DNA from: an uncultured Haloferula sp.
Lineage (GTDB): Bacteria > Verrucomicrobiota > Verrucomicrobiia > Verrucomicrobiales > Akkermansiaceae
Direction: 5' to 3'
Assembly (NCBI GenBank): GCA_965652295.1
Contig: CBFGTS010000006.1
Location: forward strand, 128,001 to 192,000
DNA: 64,000 nt
The notes below the pieces were generated by a model that saw only the letters and a program-made list of their open reading frames with translations, searched no databases and was not told the DNA's origin. Below, one piece after another: positions 51,436 to 60,967 of the stretch (positions within the stretch are counted from its first letter, which is position 1; each line of letters opens with the position of its first letter). The translations under genes were made by a program, and so were the position numbers.

Positions 51436-52455
51436 ATGCCCGACGAGCCCGACCAACCGTCCAAACCCTCCCGCTCGCGGCCGCGTCTGAACGACCTGGC
51501 CGGCGAAACTTTGGAAGACGAGCTTTGGAACCTTGATGACGACGATTCGCAGCCGGCGGACGTCGAGGTGCAACCGCGCAATCCCAAAGCCAGGCCCGCG
51601 CCGCGAGCGGTGAGCCAGCCGGAGGAGGTCGAGGACAAGCCGGGGGAGGGAGCCGAAGCGCCCGCCGGGGAGCCCCCTGCTGAGCAGCCGGAGAAGCACG
51701 AGGCGCTCGCCGCGAAGAAGCCGAAACCGAGCCGCCCCCTCCACGCATCCGAGGACGAACTGGACCTCCCGGAAGAGGAGGCCGATGACACGATTTCCGC
51801 CAAGCCGACCGAGCCCGAAACCGCTCCGGAAACCGGACCCGACGTGGAGGAGTTCGAGAAAAAGCGCCCCGCAGCCGCGGCCGCCACGCCTCCGGTCGCA
51901 GGAGCGAACTCGCAGAAAATCGAGAAGATCGGGCTGATCTCGCTCGCCGTCGTGGTGGTCGGGATCGCCATCTGGGCCACCGCCGGGCTTTTCTCCAGCG
52001 TCAGCACCACCGAGCTGGGCGAGGATTTTCCCGACCTCCCGGCGGAAGGGAAATACGCGACGATCGACGAAGTGGACACCTACTGGCGCAAACCGGTGCG
52101 TGAGGGGGAAGATGCCGATGCCGCCACGGCCGGCGTGCTTTACATCCCGATCGTGTCGGTGACGCTCGACGAGGGCGGGTCCGGCGTGCTGCGCATCCTT
52201 TTCCGCGACGAAAACGGGGAGTTCGTGGGCGATGCGATTTCCCGCCGTTTCGCGAATGGCAGCTTCACCGAAAGCGGTTCGGAAACGGCCGACTTCGCCG
52301 CAACGGACGGCTTTCGCGAGATTTCCGAGTTCAATGGCTACCGCGTCGGCACCGAGCGGTGGACGGCCGAGATCTACGAAGGCCCCTCGGCCGATGCCTC
52401 CGGCAGCGAATTCAAGCAGCTCGTGACCACGCCGCTGTTCCCGAAGACCCGGTGA
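51436..52455 (+). CDS. Hypothetical bitopic membrane protein
   Basis: Acidic/Pro-rich N-terminus, single TM IGLISLAVVVVGIAIW, beta-rich C-terminus. Confidence 0.7.
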   Translation: MPDEPDQPSKPSRSRPRLNDLAGETLEDELWNLDDDDSQPADVEVQPRNPKARPAPRAVSQPEEVEDKPGEGAEAPAGEPPAEQPEKHEALAAKKPKPSRPLHASEDELDLPEEEADDTISAKPTEPETAPETGPDVEEFEKKRPAAAAATPPVAGANSQKIEKIGLISLAVVVVGIAIWATAGLFSSVSTTELGEDFPDLPAEGKYATIDEVDTYWRKPVREGEDADAATAGVLYIPIVSVTLDEGGSGVLRILFRDENGEFVGDAISRRFANGSFTESGSETADFAATDGFREISEFNGYRVGTERWTAEIYEGPSADASGSEFKQLVTTPLFPKTR

Positions 52456-52474
52456 TCGCCCGATTTTCCCGCTC

Positions 52475-53308
52475 ATGAATGACAGCAACTCCGCCGTTCC
52501 GCCGCTCGTGCCCCGTGAAGGCTGGCACGTCATGCACCTCTTCTACCATATCGATCACTCACAGTGGTCGCTGCTCGACGACGAAGACCGCCGCCACGCC
52601 AAGACCCGCCTGACCGAGTTGGTCCAGGAAATCCGCAGCACACCGGACACCCATCTGCTCATCTTCGCCGTGGCCACGCCGAAGGCCGACCTCGGCTTCA
52701 TGCTGCTAACGCCCGATCTCCAGACGGCGAACGCCTTCGAAAAGCGGCTCACTCTTTCGCTCGGGCCCGACATCCTCACCCCGGCCTACTCCTATCTCTC
52801 CCAAACCGAGCGCTCGGAATACACCACCACTTCCGAGCAGTACGCCGAGGAAACCCTCAAGGGCGAGAAGGGCCTCGCGCCGGACTCCCCGGAATTCGCC
52901 GCGGCGATGAAGGAATTCGAGGAGCGGATGGACCACTACCTGAAGCACCGCCTCTATCCCGTCCTGCCCGATTGGCCGGCGATCTGTTTTTACCCGATGT
53001 CGAAGCGCCGCAGCGGGGCCGACAACTGGTATTCGCTCCCCTTCGAGGACCGCAAGCGCCTGATGGGCGGTCATGCCCGCACCGGCCGAACCTACTCCGG
53101 CCGCATCCTCCAGCTCATCACCGGCTCGACCGGCTTTGACGAGCACGAATGGGGCGTGACCCTGCTCGCCAAGGACACGATCGACATCAAACAGATCGTT
53201 TACGAAATGCGCTTCGACGAAGTCTCCGCCCGCTATGGAGAGTTCGGCGACTTCTACATCGGCATGCAGCTGCCGCTGGCCGAGCTGTTCAAGCGGCTGT
53301 GCCTGTGA
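52475..53308 (+). CDS. hemQ: Coproheme decarboxylase (ChdC/HemQ; chlorite dismutase-like family)
   Basis: EGWHVMHLF, CFYPMSKRR, WYSL..R..LMGGH, ITGSTGFDEHEWGVTL, YEMRFDEVSARYGEFG. Confidence 0.88.
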   Translation: MNDSNSAVPPLVPREGWHVMHLFYHIDHSQWSLLDDEDRRHAKTRLTELVQEIRSTPDTHLLIFAVATPKADLGFMLLTPDLQTANAFEKRLTLSLGPDILTPAYSYLSQTERSEYTTTSEQYAEETLKGEKGLAPDSPEFAAAMKEFEERMDHYLKHRLYPVLPDWPAICFYPMSKRRSGADNWYSLPFEDRKRLMGGHARTGRTYSGRILQLITGSTGFDEHEWGVTLLAKDTIDIKQIVYEMRFDEVSARYGEFGDFYIGMQLPLAELFKRLCL

Positions 53309-53312
53309 AGCA

Positions 53313-53439
53313 AGGAGCGCCGATTAGGAAATCGGCATTCCTTCTTCCGCACACTTCACCTCGAATCCGAGGCGCGGCTCGTCTCCAAAACTTCGGGCCC
53401 CCTTGGCAAGGCAGTGCCGATTTCATCATCGGCGCTCCT
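53313..53439. repeat. Inverted REP-like doublet (REPIN/BIME-like) between convergent genes
   Basis: AGGAGCGCCGATTAGGAAATCGGCA (+, 53313-37) and AGGAGCGCCGATGATGAAATCGGCA (-, 53415-39). Confidence 0.75.
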
Positions 53440-53443
53440 GGCC

Positions 53444-54631
53444 TCACGGACCGAAGGGGGCCATTTCGCGGTCCATGCGGCGCATGAACTCGGCCATCTC
53501 TTCCAGATGCGCACGCATCGCGTCCGCCGCGCCTTGAGGAATCGGCACAACCTGCTGACGCGGCCCCCGCCCGGCGCCGCGACGATTTCCCGGCACGGCA
53601 GCCAGATTGGGTGCGACCGGCTCCTCTTCCAGCAGCTCAAGAATCCGCGCTGCGGGAATGATGAAACTCCGGGTCCGGTCGGTGCGGGAAATCGAGAGAC
53701 CGATCACGTCGCCATCCAGGTCCACCACCGGGCCGCCGCATTGCTCGGGACGGAGCTGCATGTCCGTCTGGATCACCACGGGGAAATCCTCGCCGCGCAG
53801 GCTGATCGGGCCGCCCATGGAACGCATCACGCGCAACCGGCCCTCGGGGATTTTCTTGTACTTCGATTTATCGCCGAGCACGACCTCCACGGTCTGCTTC
53901 TGATCACCGCGGCGGAACTCGACCTCCACGGCATCGCCGGGCGATTTCCCCTCCAGCACGGGTCGGAGATCGAACGGAGCGTTCATTTCCACGCCATCCG
54001 CCGACAGCAGCACATCGCCGATCCGCAGACCGGCATCGTCGGCTCCGCCGCTTTCGTCGATCTCCGCGATGCGGACGCCTTCGCCGGTGTCGGAATTTTC
54101 GAGCACCACTCCGAAGAACGGCTGGTTCGAAAGCCGCAAGATCCGCTCCTCGACGGCCACCACACCCATCCGCGCCGCGCCTTCCGGATCGGCGGAAATC
54201 AGGAAACGTCCCAGAGACGGAGATTCTCCCGTCCCCCACTCCACCGGCGTGAAGGTGACGTCCTCTTCGACCACTTCCAGCAGCGCGAGGTCGTCGTCCT
54301 CATAGACGCCGACAACCGTCGCCGTGGCTTCGCGACGATGGCCATCGACCACCTGCAACGCGCCACGGGCGAAGGCGATCTGGCTCCATTTCGTCAAAAT
54401 GCGATGACCATCACCGATTACCGTGCCGAGGGAAATCATCCGTCCGCCGGACCAGACCCACACGGCCGAGGCCGAAGCCTCGTCCACCACCGGGTCGATG
54501 ACATCGTAGAGCATCTGCGACTGGCGCGCGGTGGCCGCTTCCTCGTCGGGCCGCTGCAACGGCACCTCCGCTTCGATCTGCGCACAGAGAGGCGTCACCG
54601 CCACCCCTATCCATAAAAGCAGTTCTTTCAT
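53444..54631 (-). CDS. Exported trypsin-like/PDZ protein lacking the catalytic triad (pseudoprotease)
   Basis: ILTKWS replaces ILTAAH; QCGGP replaces DSGGP; PDZ (FFGV..GGADDAGLRIGD) inserted inside the protease fold. Confidence 0.7.
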   Translation of the reverse strand: MKELLLWIGVAVTPLCAQIEAEVPLQRPDEEAATARQSQMLYDVIDPVVDEASASAVWVWSGGRMISLGTVIGDGHRILTKWSQIAFARGALQVVDGHRREATATVVGVYEDDDLALLEVVEEDVTFTPVEWGTGESPSLGRFLISADPEGAARMGVVAVEERILRLSNQPFFGVVLENSDTGEGVRIAEIDESGGADDAGLRIGDVLLSADGVEMNAPFDLRPVLEGKSPGDAVEVEFRRGDQKQTVEVVLGDKSKYKKIPEGRLRVMRSMGGPISLRGEDFPVVIQTDMQLRPEQCGGPVVDLDGDVIGLSISRTDRTRSFIIPAARILELLEEEPVAPNLAAVPGNRRGAGRGPRQQVVPIPQGAADAMRAHLEEMAEFMRRMDREMAPFGP

Positions 54632-55630
54632 TCAGCGATTCAGGGAGGGTTCGACTTTGTCCAAACGGCTGAGGGTGGCCCCGACCTCGAAGGTCTCGCG
54701 CCCGCGGCGCACGCCCACTTTCACCTCATCGCCGTCCTCGTGTTTCATGATCATGTTGATGAGCGCCTGGCCCCCGGTCACCCGGCTGCCATCGACGCTT
54801 ACGATTTCATCGCCGGCACGGATGCCGGCTTTCTGCGCGGGGCCGCCCGGCGTCACCCCGGCGATGATCACCGCGCCGTCCCGCCGTTCGCCCGCGATGT
54901 TGACGCCCAGCACGGGGCGCTCCTGGTTGACCATCGGATCGAGCTGCAGCTCGCCCCATGCCTCGCCGGCCAGCAGCCGGTCCCAATCCTCGCGGAAGCC
55001 ATCGATGCCGGCATGGTTGTTGTTCGACCACGATTGGCCGATCGAGGAATTCACCGCCACCAACCGGCCTTCCAGATCAAAGAGCGGACCGCCGGAATCG
55101 CCGCCGATCAGCGTGCAGTCCGTGGTCATGAAGTTCCCCGGGCCGTCCGAAACCACGCGGCCGAAGCGGACCGGCGGCGTGCGGGTGGCATCGTAGCCCT
55201 CGCTGTGACCCATCGCGATCACCCAATCGCCCGCTTTGAGCGGCTTCGATTCGCCCAGCTCGACATGCGGCCAGCTCTTTTCCTCGGTGATCTGCACCAT
55301 GCCGATGTCCTTGGAAAAATTCGACCCCAGCACCTTGCCCTCCGTTTCCTGGCCGTTCGGGAAAATGACCCGGACGATTTCCGAACCCTGCGTGACGTGG
55401 GCGGCGGTGAGGATCAGACCATCCTCATTCACGATCGTTCCAGAGCCCGAGGCACCGACTTCGTCGGAAATGAGAGCCACCACCGCTGGCAGGACTTTCT
55501 CCGCGACGGCCTCGGTCTTCCGCTCCAGATTCCGCACATCCTCCAGCGAGTGGATCGGCCCCTGAGCGGGGAGCACCGCGCACAACAACGCGGAAATGAG
55601 GGCCGTTTGCAAAATTCCTGATTTCTTCAT
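54632..55630 (-). CDS. S1C/HtrA-like serine protease with PDZ domain
   Basis: GSG, LTAAHV, DIG, GGDSGGP, PDZ VLGV..GPAQKAGI; start 55630 or 55648. Confidence 0.9.
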   Translation of the reverse strand: MKKSGILQTALISALLCAVLPAQGPIHSLEDVRNLERKTEAVAEKVLPAVVALISDEVGASGSGTIVNEDGLILTAAHVTQGSEIVRVIFPNGQETEGKVLGSNFSKDIGMVQITEEKSWPHVELGESKPLKAGDWVIAMGHSEGYDATRTPPVRFGRVVSDGPGNFMTTDCTLIGGDSGGPLFDLEGRLVAVNSSIGQSWSNNNHAGIDGFREDWDRLLAGEAWGELQLDPMVNQERPVLGVNIAGERRDGAVIIAGVTPGGPAQKAGIRAGDEIVSVDGSRVTGGQALINMIMKHEDGDEVKVGVRRGRETFEVGATLSRLDKVEPSLNR

Positions 55631-55720
55631 CGCTTTCTCAACCGTCATAGCGACGCAATTTCCGCGCTTCGTCTTCAAGCGAATCTTCCGCGGATTGCTC
55701 GACCAAGCCTTCCTCACCTC

Positions 55721-58081
55721 ATGGCCAAACGCAAATCGAACGAAGAAACGCCGGCTTCAAAAAACCGTCGGCGCAAAGTCGCGCCCCGGCGCCACGGCCT
55801 CGGCACTCTCGTCCTTCTGTGGCCGTTTTTTCTCCTCCAGAGGATCACCGCCGGTTTCCCCCTGCCCGTCCGCTGGGGACTGCGCGCCTTCGGACACCCC
55901 GTCGTTCTGGGCCTCTACGCCGCCATTCCCATGGCTCTCTTCTACTACGCCCGGGCGCGGTCGTACGACATGGCGAAGGTTGCGGAAATGCCGGAACGCA
56001 GCGTGGTGCTTGATCGCCACGGCGAGGAGATCGGCCGCATCCACGGGGAAAAACGCGACATCATTCCTCTCTCGAAAGTCTCCCAGGACTTCATTTTCGC
56101 GATCCTCGCCCGCGAGGACGAACGTTTCTACACCCACCACGGGGTCGATTGGATCGGTTTCGGCCGCGCCACACTCCGCAACATCAAGGACCGCTCGCTC
56201 ACCCAAGGTGCATCGACGCTGACCATGCAGCTCGCGCGGAATTCCTACCCGCTCTACGCCCCGTGGCTGGATTTTTCCGGCGCGCTTCAGGAGCTGGACC
56301 GCAAGTTCCTGGAAATGGCCGTCACCTACCGCATTGAGGGCAACTACACCAAGGAGGAGATCCTTGAGCACTACGTGAACCGCATTTTCTGGGGCCACAC
56401 GATCCGCGGCATCGAGGAGGCCTCACGCACCTATTTCGAAAAGTCGGCGGCCGATCTCACCCTCTCCGAGTCCGCGCTGCTCGCCGGCATCGTCCGCGGG
56501 CCGAACGCATTCTCTCCCTTCCGCGACATTTCGGACTCAATCCGCGAGCGCGACACCACGCTCGACCGGATGGTCATTGCCGAATTCATCACGCCCGAAC
56601 AAGCGGAAGCGGCCAAGGCGGAGGAAATCAAAGTCCGCCCCGAATGGCGCCGGGTGTTCCACGATTCGTGGGCGATGGATGCCGTCCGCCGCGAGCTGGA
56701 GCGCATTCTGGAAGAGGAGAGCATCGAGTTCGGCGGGCTCCAGATCACCACCACCATCGATCTCCCGGTCCAAGCCAAGGCCGAGGAAGCGCTCAACCGC
56801 CACCTTCGCACCTTCGAACGCCGCGCCGGCTACCCGCACCAAACCCGCGCCGCCTGGCAGGACAAACCGGAGCCGCGGCCGAATCCCTCCTACCTCCAAG
56901 GCAGCGTGGTGGTCATCGAAAACCTCACCGGCGCGATCATCGCCAGCGTCGGCGGACGGGATGCCGACGAATCGAAATACAACCGCGCCACCCAGGCCAA
57001 GCGCCAGGTCGGCTCCAGCTTCAAGCCCTTCGTCTACGCCGCCGCCTTCGAGGCGGGAATGCGCCCGGACGCAATGATTTCCGACGACCCGCTGGCCCCC
57101 GGCGAGGTCAAGAAAGCAGGTCGGTGGTCGCCGCGGAATTCCGACGGCACCTTCCTCGGCTACCAGCCGGTGGAGGTCGGCCTGATCCGCTCCCGCAACA
57201 CCATGTCGGTGCGGGTGGGCGACTATGCCGGCGTTGAACACGTCTCGGACGTCGCCCGTCAGGTCGGGTTCGAGCGGCAGATGGAAATGAACGCCGTCTC
57301 CTACCTCGGCACGCTGGAAGCCTCGCCGGAGGAAGTCGCCTCCGCCTACACGATTTTCCCAAATGGCGGCCGTCGCTTCCCGCCGCGGATCATCGCGGAA
57401 ATCCGCAACCGCGACGGTGAAATCGAGTATCAGAACCGCACCGTTTCCTATCAGGCGATCCAAGGGCAGGCCGCCACCACCACCGCCCGCATCCTCGGCG
57501 AGGTGATGGAGCGAGGCACCGGCGCCGCGGCCCGGAGACTCGGGTTCAACCGCCCCTGCGGCGGCAAAACCGGCACCACCGACGATTACAAGGACGCTTG
57601 GTTCACCGGCTTCACCTCCAGCCTGACCTGCTCGGTGTGGGTCGGTCTCGACCAGCCGAAGACCATTTTCGAACGCGCCTACGGCTCGACCATGGCGCTG
57701 CCGGTGTGGGTCGAGGTCATGAAAACCGCCGAGCGCCTCGGCTACCGGGCCGACGGCCTGAGCTCGTCCGAACCCTTCACCGATGCCCGCCTTTGCAAAA
57801 GCTCCGGCAAGCGCGCCACCAAAGGCTGCGAAATCGCCGGCACCGCCTACACCGACAGCCTCCCGGCCGAGCGATTGCCGGTGGAGGGCGATTTCTGCTC
57901 CGAGCACGACGATCTGCTGGCGGAAGCCGTGGAGGACGCGCCCAAGGCGGTAGTCATCGAACCCGGTGCGGAGGTCGATTTGGAGAGCGCACCCAAGGCC
58001 CGCCCGGTCGATGAAGAAGCCGTGCCGAAGGCGATTCCCATCGAGGAAGAGAAAATCCCGCGTGCGCTGCCGATTGACTAA
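55721..58081 (+). CDS. Class A penicillin-binding protein (PBP1A-like)
   Basis: TG motifs EDERF, GASTLTMQL, RK.LE; TP motifs SSFK, SRN, KTG. Confidence 0.93.
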   Translation: MAKRKSNEETPASKNRRRKVAPRRHGLGTLVLLWPFFLLQRITAGFPLPVRWGLRAFGHPVVLGLYAAIPMALFYYARARSYDMAKVAEMPERSVVLDRHGEEIGRIHGEKRDIIPLSKVSQDFIFAILAREDERFYTHHGVDWIGFGRATLRNIKDRSLTQGASTLTMQLARNSYPLYAPWLDFSGALQELDRKFLEMAVTYRIEGNYTKEEILEHYVNRIFWGHTIRGIEEASRTYFEKSAADLTLSESALLAGIVRGPNAFSPFRDISDSIRERDTTLDRMVIAEFITPEQAEAAKAEEIKVRPEWRRVFHDSWAMDAVRRELERILEEESIEFGGLQITTTIDLPVQAKAEEALNRHLRTFERRAGYPHQTRAAWQDKPEPRPNPSYLQGSVVVIENLTGAIIASVGGRDADESKYNRATQAKRQVGSSFKPFVYAAAFEAGMRPDAMISDDPLAPGEVKKAGRWSPRNSDGTFLGYQPVEVGLIRSRNTMSVRVGDYAGVEHVSDVARQVGFERQMEMNAVSYLGTLEASPEEVASAYTIFPNGGRRFPPRIIAEIRNRDGEIEYQNRTVSYQAIQGQAATTTARILGEVMERGTGAAARRLGFNRPCGGKTGTTDDYKDAWFTGFTSSLTCSVWVGLDQPKTIFERAYGSTMALPVWVEVMKTAERLGYRADGLSSSEPFTDARLCKSSGKRATKGCEIAGTAYTDSLPAERLPVEGDFCSEHDDLLAEAVEDAPKAVVIEPGAEVDLESAPKARPVDEEAVPKAIPIEEEKIPRALPID

Positions 58082-58117
58082 GCGCGCCCGGCCCCCTCTT
58101 CTCGGGTTTTCCGAACC

Positions 58118-59827
58118 ATGTCCACCTGGCGTCCCGTTTCCCGCCCACCCCGCTGGCTCGCGTGGCTGCCCGGCTGGGCGCTGACGCTGCTCAAGCTCGG
58201 GCTGTGGTGTGCCGGCGGGGCCACCGTCATCGGCTTCTGCGTCGCCCTTTTCTACTTCAGCCGCGCCGGGCGCTTCAATCTCGATGAGGTCGCCGCGATG
58301 CCGGCCCGCACCACCCTTCTCGACCGCGACGGCACACCGATCGAGGTGAGCTGGGGGTCATCCCGCCACCTGGCGAAACGCGACGACCTCCCGGATTTCC
58401 TCGTGCAATGCTTGGAAGCGCGCGAAGACGCCCGGTTTTTCGACCATTGCGGCGTCGATTTCCGCGGCCTCGCCCGCGCCACGCTGCGCAACCTCAAGGA
58501 CCGCGACTTCACCCAGGGGGCGTCGACCCTGAGCATGCAGCTCGCCCGGAACACCTACGACATCCGTGCCAAATCGATCGACCGCAAGCTGCTGGAAATC
58601 GCGCTCACCCTGCGCATCGAGCGGCGCTACTCGAAGGACGAGATCCTCACCCACTACCTCAACCGCATTTACTTCGGTTCCGGCTGCCATGGCATCGACG
58701 AAGCCGCCCGGACCTATTTCGGCAAACCGGTCTCCGGCCTCCACCAGGGCGAGTCGGCGATGCTCGTCGGTATCATCCGCGGGCCACACATTTTCTCCCC
58801 CGCGCGGAACCTCGAAGGGGCCCGGGCCCAGCAGAGCGAAGTGCTCGACCGCATGATCGCCATGGGACGGATCACCGCCGGGGAGAAGGAGGCCATCCAA
58901 GCCCTGCCGATCGACATCACGCCGGAGGATCAGCGTTCCGCCGAGCGCTCCTACGCCATCCAAGCCGTGCGCCGCGAACTGGGCGACATCCTTGAGGCGC
59001 TCGACATCCGGCTCGACGGGCTGGTCGTTCACACGACGCTTTCCACCGGCTGGCAGCTCCGGCTAGAGACCGACCTCTCCAACACCCTCCTCGAAGCCGA
59101 GCGCCGCGCCGGCTGGAGCCACCCGACCCACACGCAGCACACCGCCGGCGAGGCGACCGCCTATCTCCAGTGCGCCGCCGTCACTTTGGAAAGCCGGACC
59201 GGCGCGGTGCTCGCTCTGATTGGCGGGCGCGATTTCCTCGACTCCCGCTACGACCGCAGCACCGGTGCCCGGCGCGACCTCGGCAGCGCCTTCATCCCGT
59301 GGGTGGCCGCCGCCGCCGCCGAGCGCGGAAAACGCGTGCTTCCGGGAAACATCATGCTCACCGGGCGCCAGATCGGCCCGCTCGAAACCGCCCGCATCGC
59401 CCAGCGCTGCGGCCTCGGCGGCCCCTTCCTCCAGACCGAGGATCTTTTCCGCGGGAGCGCCGCCAGCACGCCGATGGAAGTCGCCACCGCCCTGGCCACA
59501 CTCTCGAATCAAGGCCAGCGGCCCGATCCGTTTTTCATCACCCGCGTCACCGATGCGGCGGGCGAAACGCTCTATCAACGGTCGAGCGGACTCTCCCAGG
59601 CGATCACCGCCGCTGCGGCCGACGAGGCAATCGAGCTCTTCAGCGAGGTCGGCATGAGCCGCTGCTACGACGGCCACACCGGCTCCGAGCGCGATGCCTG
59701 GCTCCTCCGCGTCGGCCCCGGCGGCTCCACCGCCGTCTGGCTCGGGTTCGACGAGCCCGCGAAAATCTGCGAGCAACGCCAGCTTCGCAGCATGCTCGAC
59801 CGGCTCTCCAACCGGCTCGGGAAGTAG
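58118..59827 (+). CDS. Class A PBP paralog with intact transglycosylase and degenerate transpeptidase domain
   Basis: EDARF, GASTLSMQL, RKLLE, YLNRIYFG; TP has SAFI, no SxN, HTG. Confidence 0.8.
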   Translation: MSTWRPVSRPPRWLAWLPGWALTLLKLGLWCAGGATVIGFCVALFYFSRAGRFNLDEVAAMPARTTLLDRDGTPIEVSWGSSRHLAKRDDLPDFLVQCLEAREDARFFDHCGVDFRGLARATLRNLKDRDFTQGASTLSMQLARNTYDIRAKSIDRKLLEIALTLRIERRYSKDEILTHYLNRIYFGSGCHGIDEAARTYFGKPVSGLHQGESAMLVGIIRGPHIFSPARNLEGARAQQSEVLDRMIAMGRITAGEKEAIQALPIDITPEDQRSAERSYAIQAVRRELGDILEALDIRLDGLVVHTTLSTGWQLRLETDLSNTLLEAERRAGWSHPTHTQHTAGEATAYLQCAAVTLESRTGAVLALIGGRDFLDSRYDRSTGARRDLGSAFIPWVAAAAAERGKRVLPGNIMLTGRQIGPLETARIAQRCGLGGPFLQTEDLFRGSAASTPMEVATALATLSNQGQRPDPFFITRVTDAAGETLYQRSSGLSQAITAAAADEAIELFSEVGMSRCYDGHTGSERDAWLLRVGPGGSTAVWLGFDEPAKICEQRQLRSMLDRLSNRLGK

Positions 59828-59919
59828 CCGGCTTCGGGAGCATCGACCCACTTCGTCTTCCCTTGTCCGACAGGCGCTTTCCAGTTAGTCAGGAAACATG
59901 AAGCTTCGCCCATGCGCAG

Positions 59920-60273
59920 ATGACCCTCGAAGCCATGGATCGCTTCAACAGCGATGAGATGCCCGACTGGGGGAGCCTGACCTCAACAGGACTCGGAGAT
60001 CCGGATCTCTCCCACCTGTCGCCCGCCAGCGAGAAGGTGCTTGAGCTGTTTTACATCGGCGCGGATGCATGGGGCAAAGGTGCCTTCCGTAGCCAGTCCA
60101 CCTTCGCCATGAACCAAGCCGCCTTCGACATCATGAAAGGTCAGCCGGTTCCGGTGGATCCGGTTTTCGGTCAGCCCTACCGCTGGAACCCTGACACCCG
60201 CGAACTCGCCGCACCCGACACGCCGGAATTCAAGCAGCTGGACATCAAACCCATCACCGTGCCGCGGCCGTAG
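59920..60273 (+). CDS. Hypothetical protein, possibly a C-terminal gene remnant
   Basis: PVDPVFGQPYRW motif; in-frame TGA at 59899 limits upstream extension. Confidence 0.4.
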   Translation: MTLEAMDRFNSDEMPDWGSLTSTGLGDPDLSHLSPASEKVLELFYIGADAWGKGAFRSQSTFAMNQAAFDIMKGQPVPVDPVFGQPYRWNPDTRELAAPDTPEFKQLDIKPITVPRP

Positions 60274-60279
60274 CCTTCC

Positions 60280-60336
60280 GGAACAGCGGCATTCCTGCCG
60301 CTGCGGTGGGAGGGGCGGGCAGGATTGCCCCCTCCC
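60280..60336. repeat. REP-like hairpin plus a second hairpin between convergent genes
   Basis: GGAA-CAGCGGCA-TTCC-TGCCGCTG, then GGGAGGGG...CCCCTCCC. Confidence 0.55.
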
Positions 60337-60342
60337 TATGAC

Positions 60343-60945
60343 TCACACGTAGTGGAGTCTCTCAGCGACGGCCTCGATCTGCGGACTGTGGTCGAGCAAC
60401 TCCTGAATCGGGTCCCAGCGGCCGGAAATCAACGCGTCGCGGGCGGATTCGGGGATGGAGAAACCAAACTCGTCGCCGGCGGAGGAACGGACCTTTTTCG
60501 CTTCCAGATCGATCGTGATCTCGGTGGCCGGATCGGCCTCGACCGCGGCGCGCAGCTTGGCGATCGCCTCGGCCGGGAGGGTCACGCAGGGCATGCCGAG
60601 CGTGGTGGAGTTGCCGAAAAAGATCTCGGCGAACGACTCGGCGATGACCGCCTTGAAGCCGTACTTGCTGAGCGATTGCGGCGCGTGCTCACGGGACGAA
60701 CCGCAGCCAAAGTTCACACCGGCCAGAAGGATTTCGGCGTCATTGAAGCGCGGATCGTTCAACGGGTGGCTGGTCTTTTCTCGGGTCGTCGGGTCGAAGC
60801 GAACGTCGTAAAACGCGTACTCGCCGAGACCGTCGAAGGTCACGCACTTCATGAACCGCGCGGGAATGATGCGGTCGGTGTCGATGTCGGCGCCGGGCAC
60901 GAATACGCCGCGGCCGGTTACTTGGGTGATCTTTTCGAGTGCCAT
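60343..60945 (-). CDS. leuD: 3-isopropylmalate dehydratase small subunit
   Basis: DIDTDRIIPARF, NFGCGSSREHA, SFAEIFFGN. Confidence 0.95.
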   Translation of the reverse strand: MALEKITQVTGRGVFVPGADIDTDRIIPARFMKCVTFDGLGEYAFYDVRFDPTTREKTSHPLNDPRFNDAEILLAGVNFGCGSSREHAPQSLSKYGFKAVIAESFAEIFFGNSTTLGMPCVTLPAEAIAKLRAAVEADPATEITIDLEAKKVRSSAGDEFGFSIPESARDALISGRWDPIQELLDHSPQIEAVAERLHYV

Positions 60946-60967
60946 GGTGTCGATCGGTGGGAGAAAT

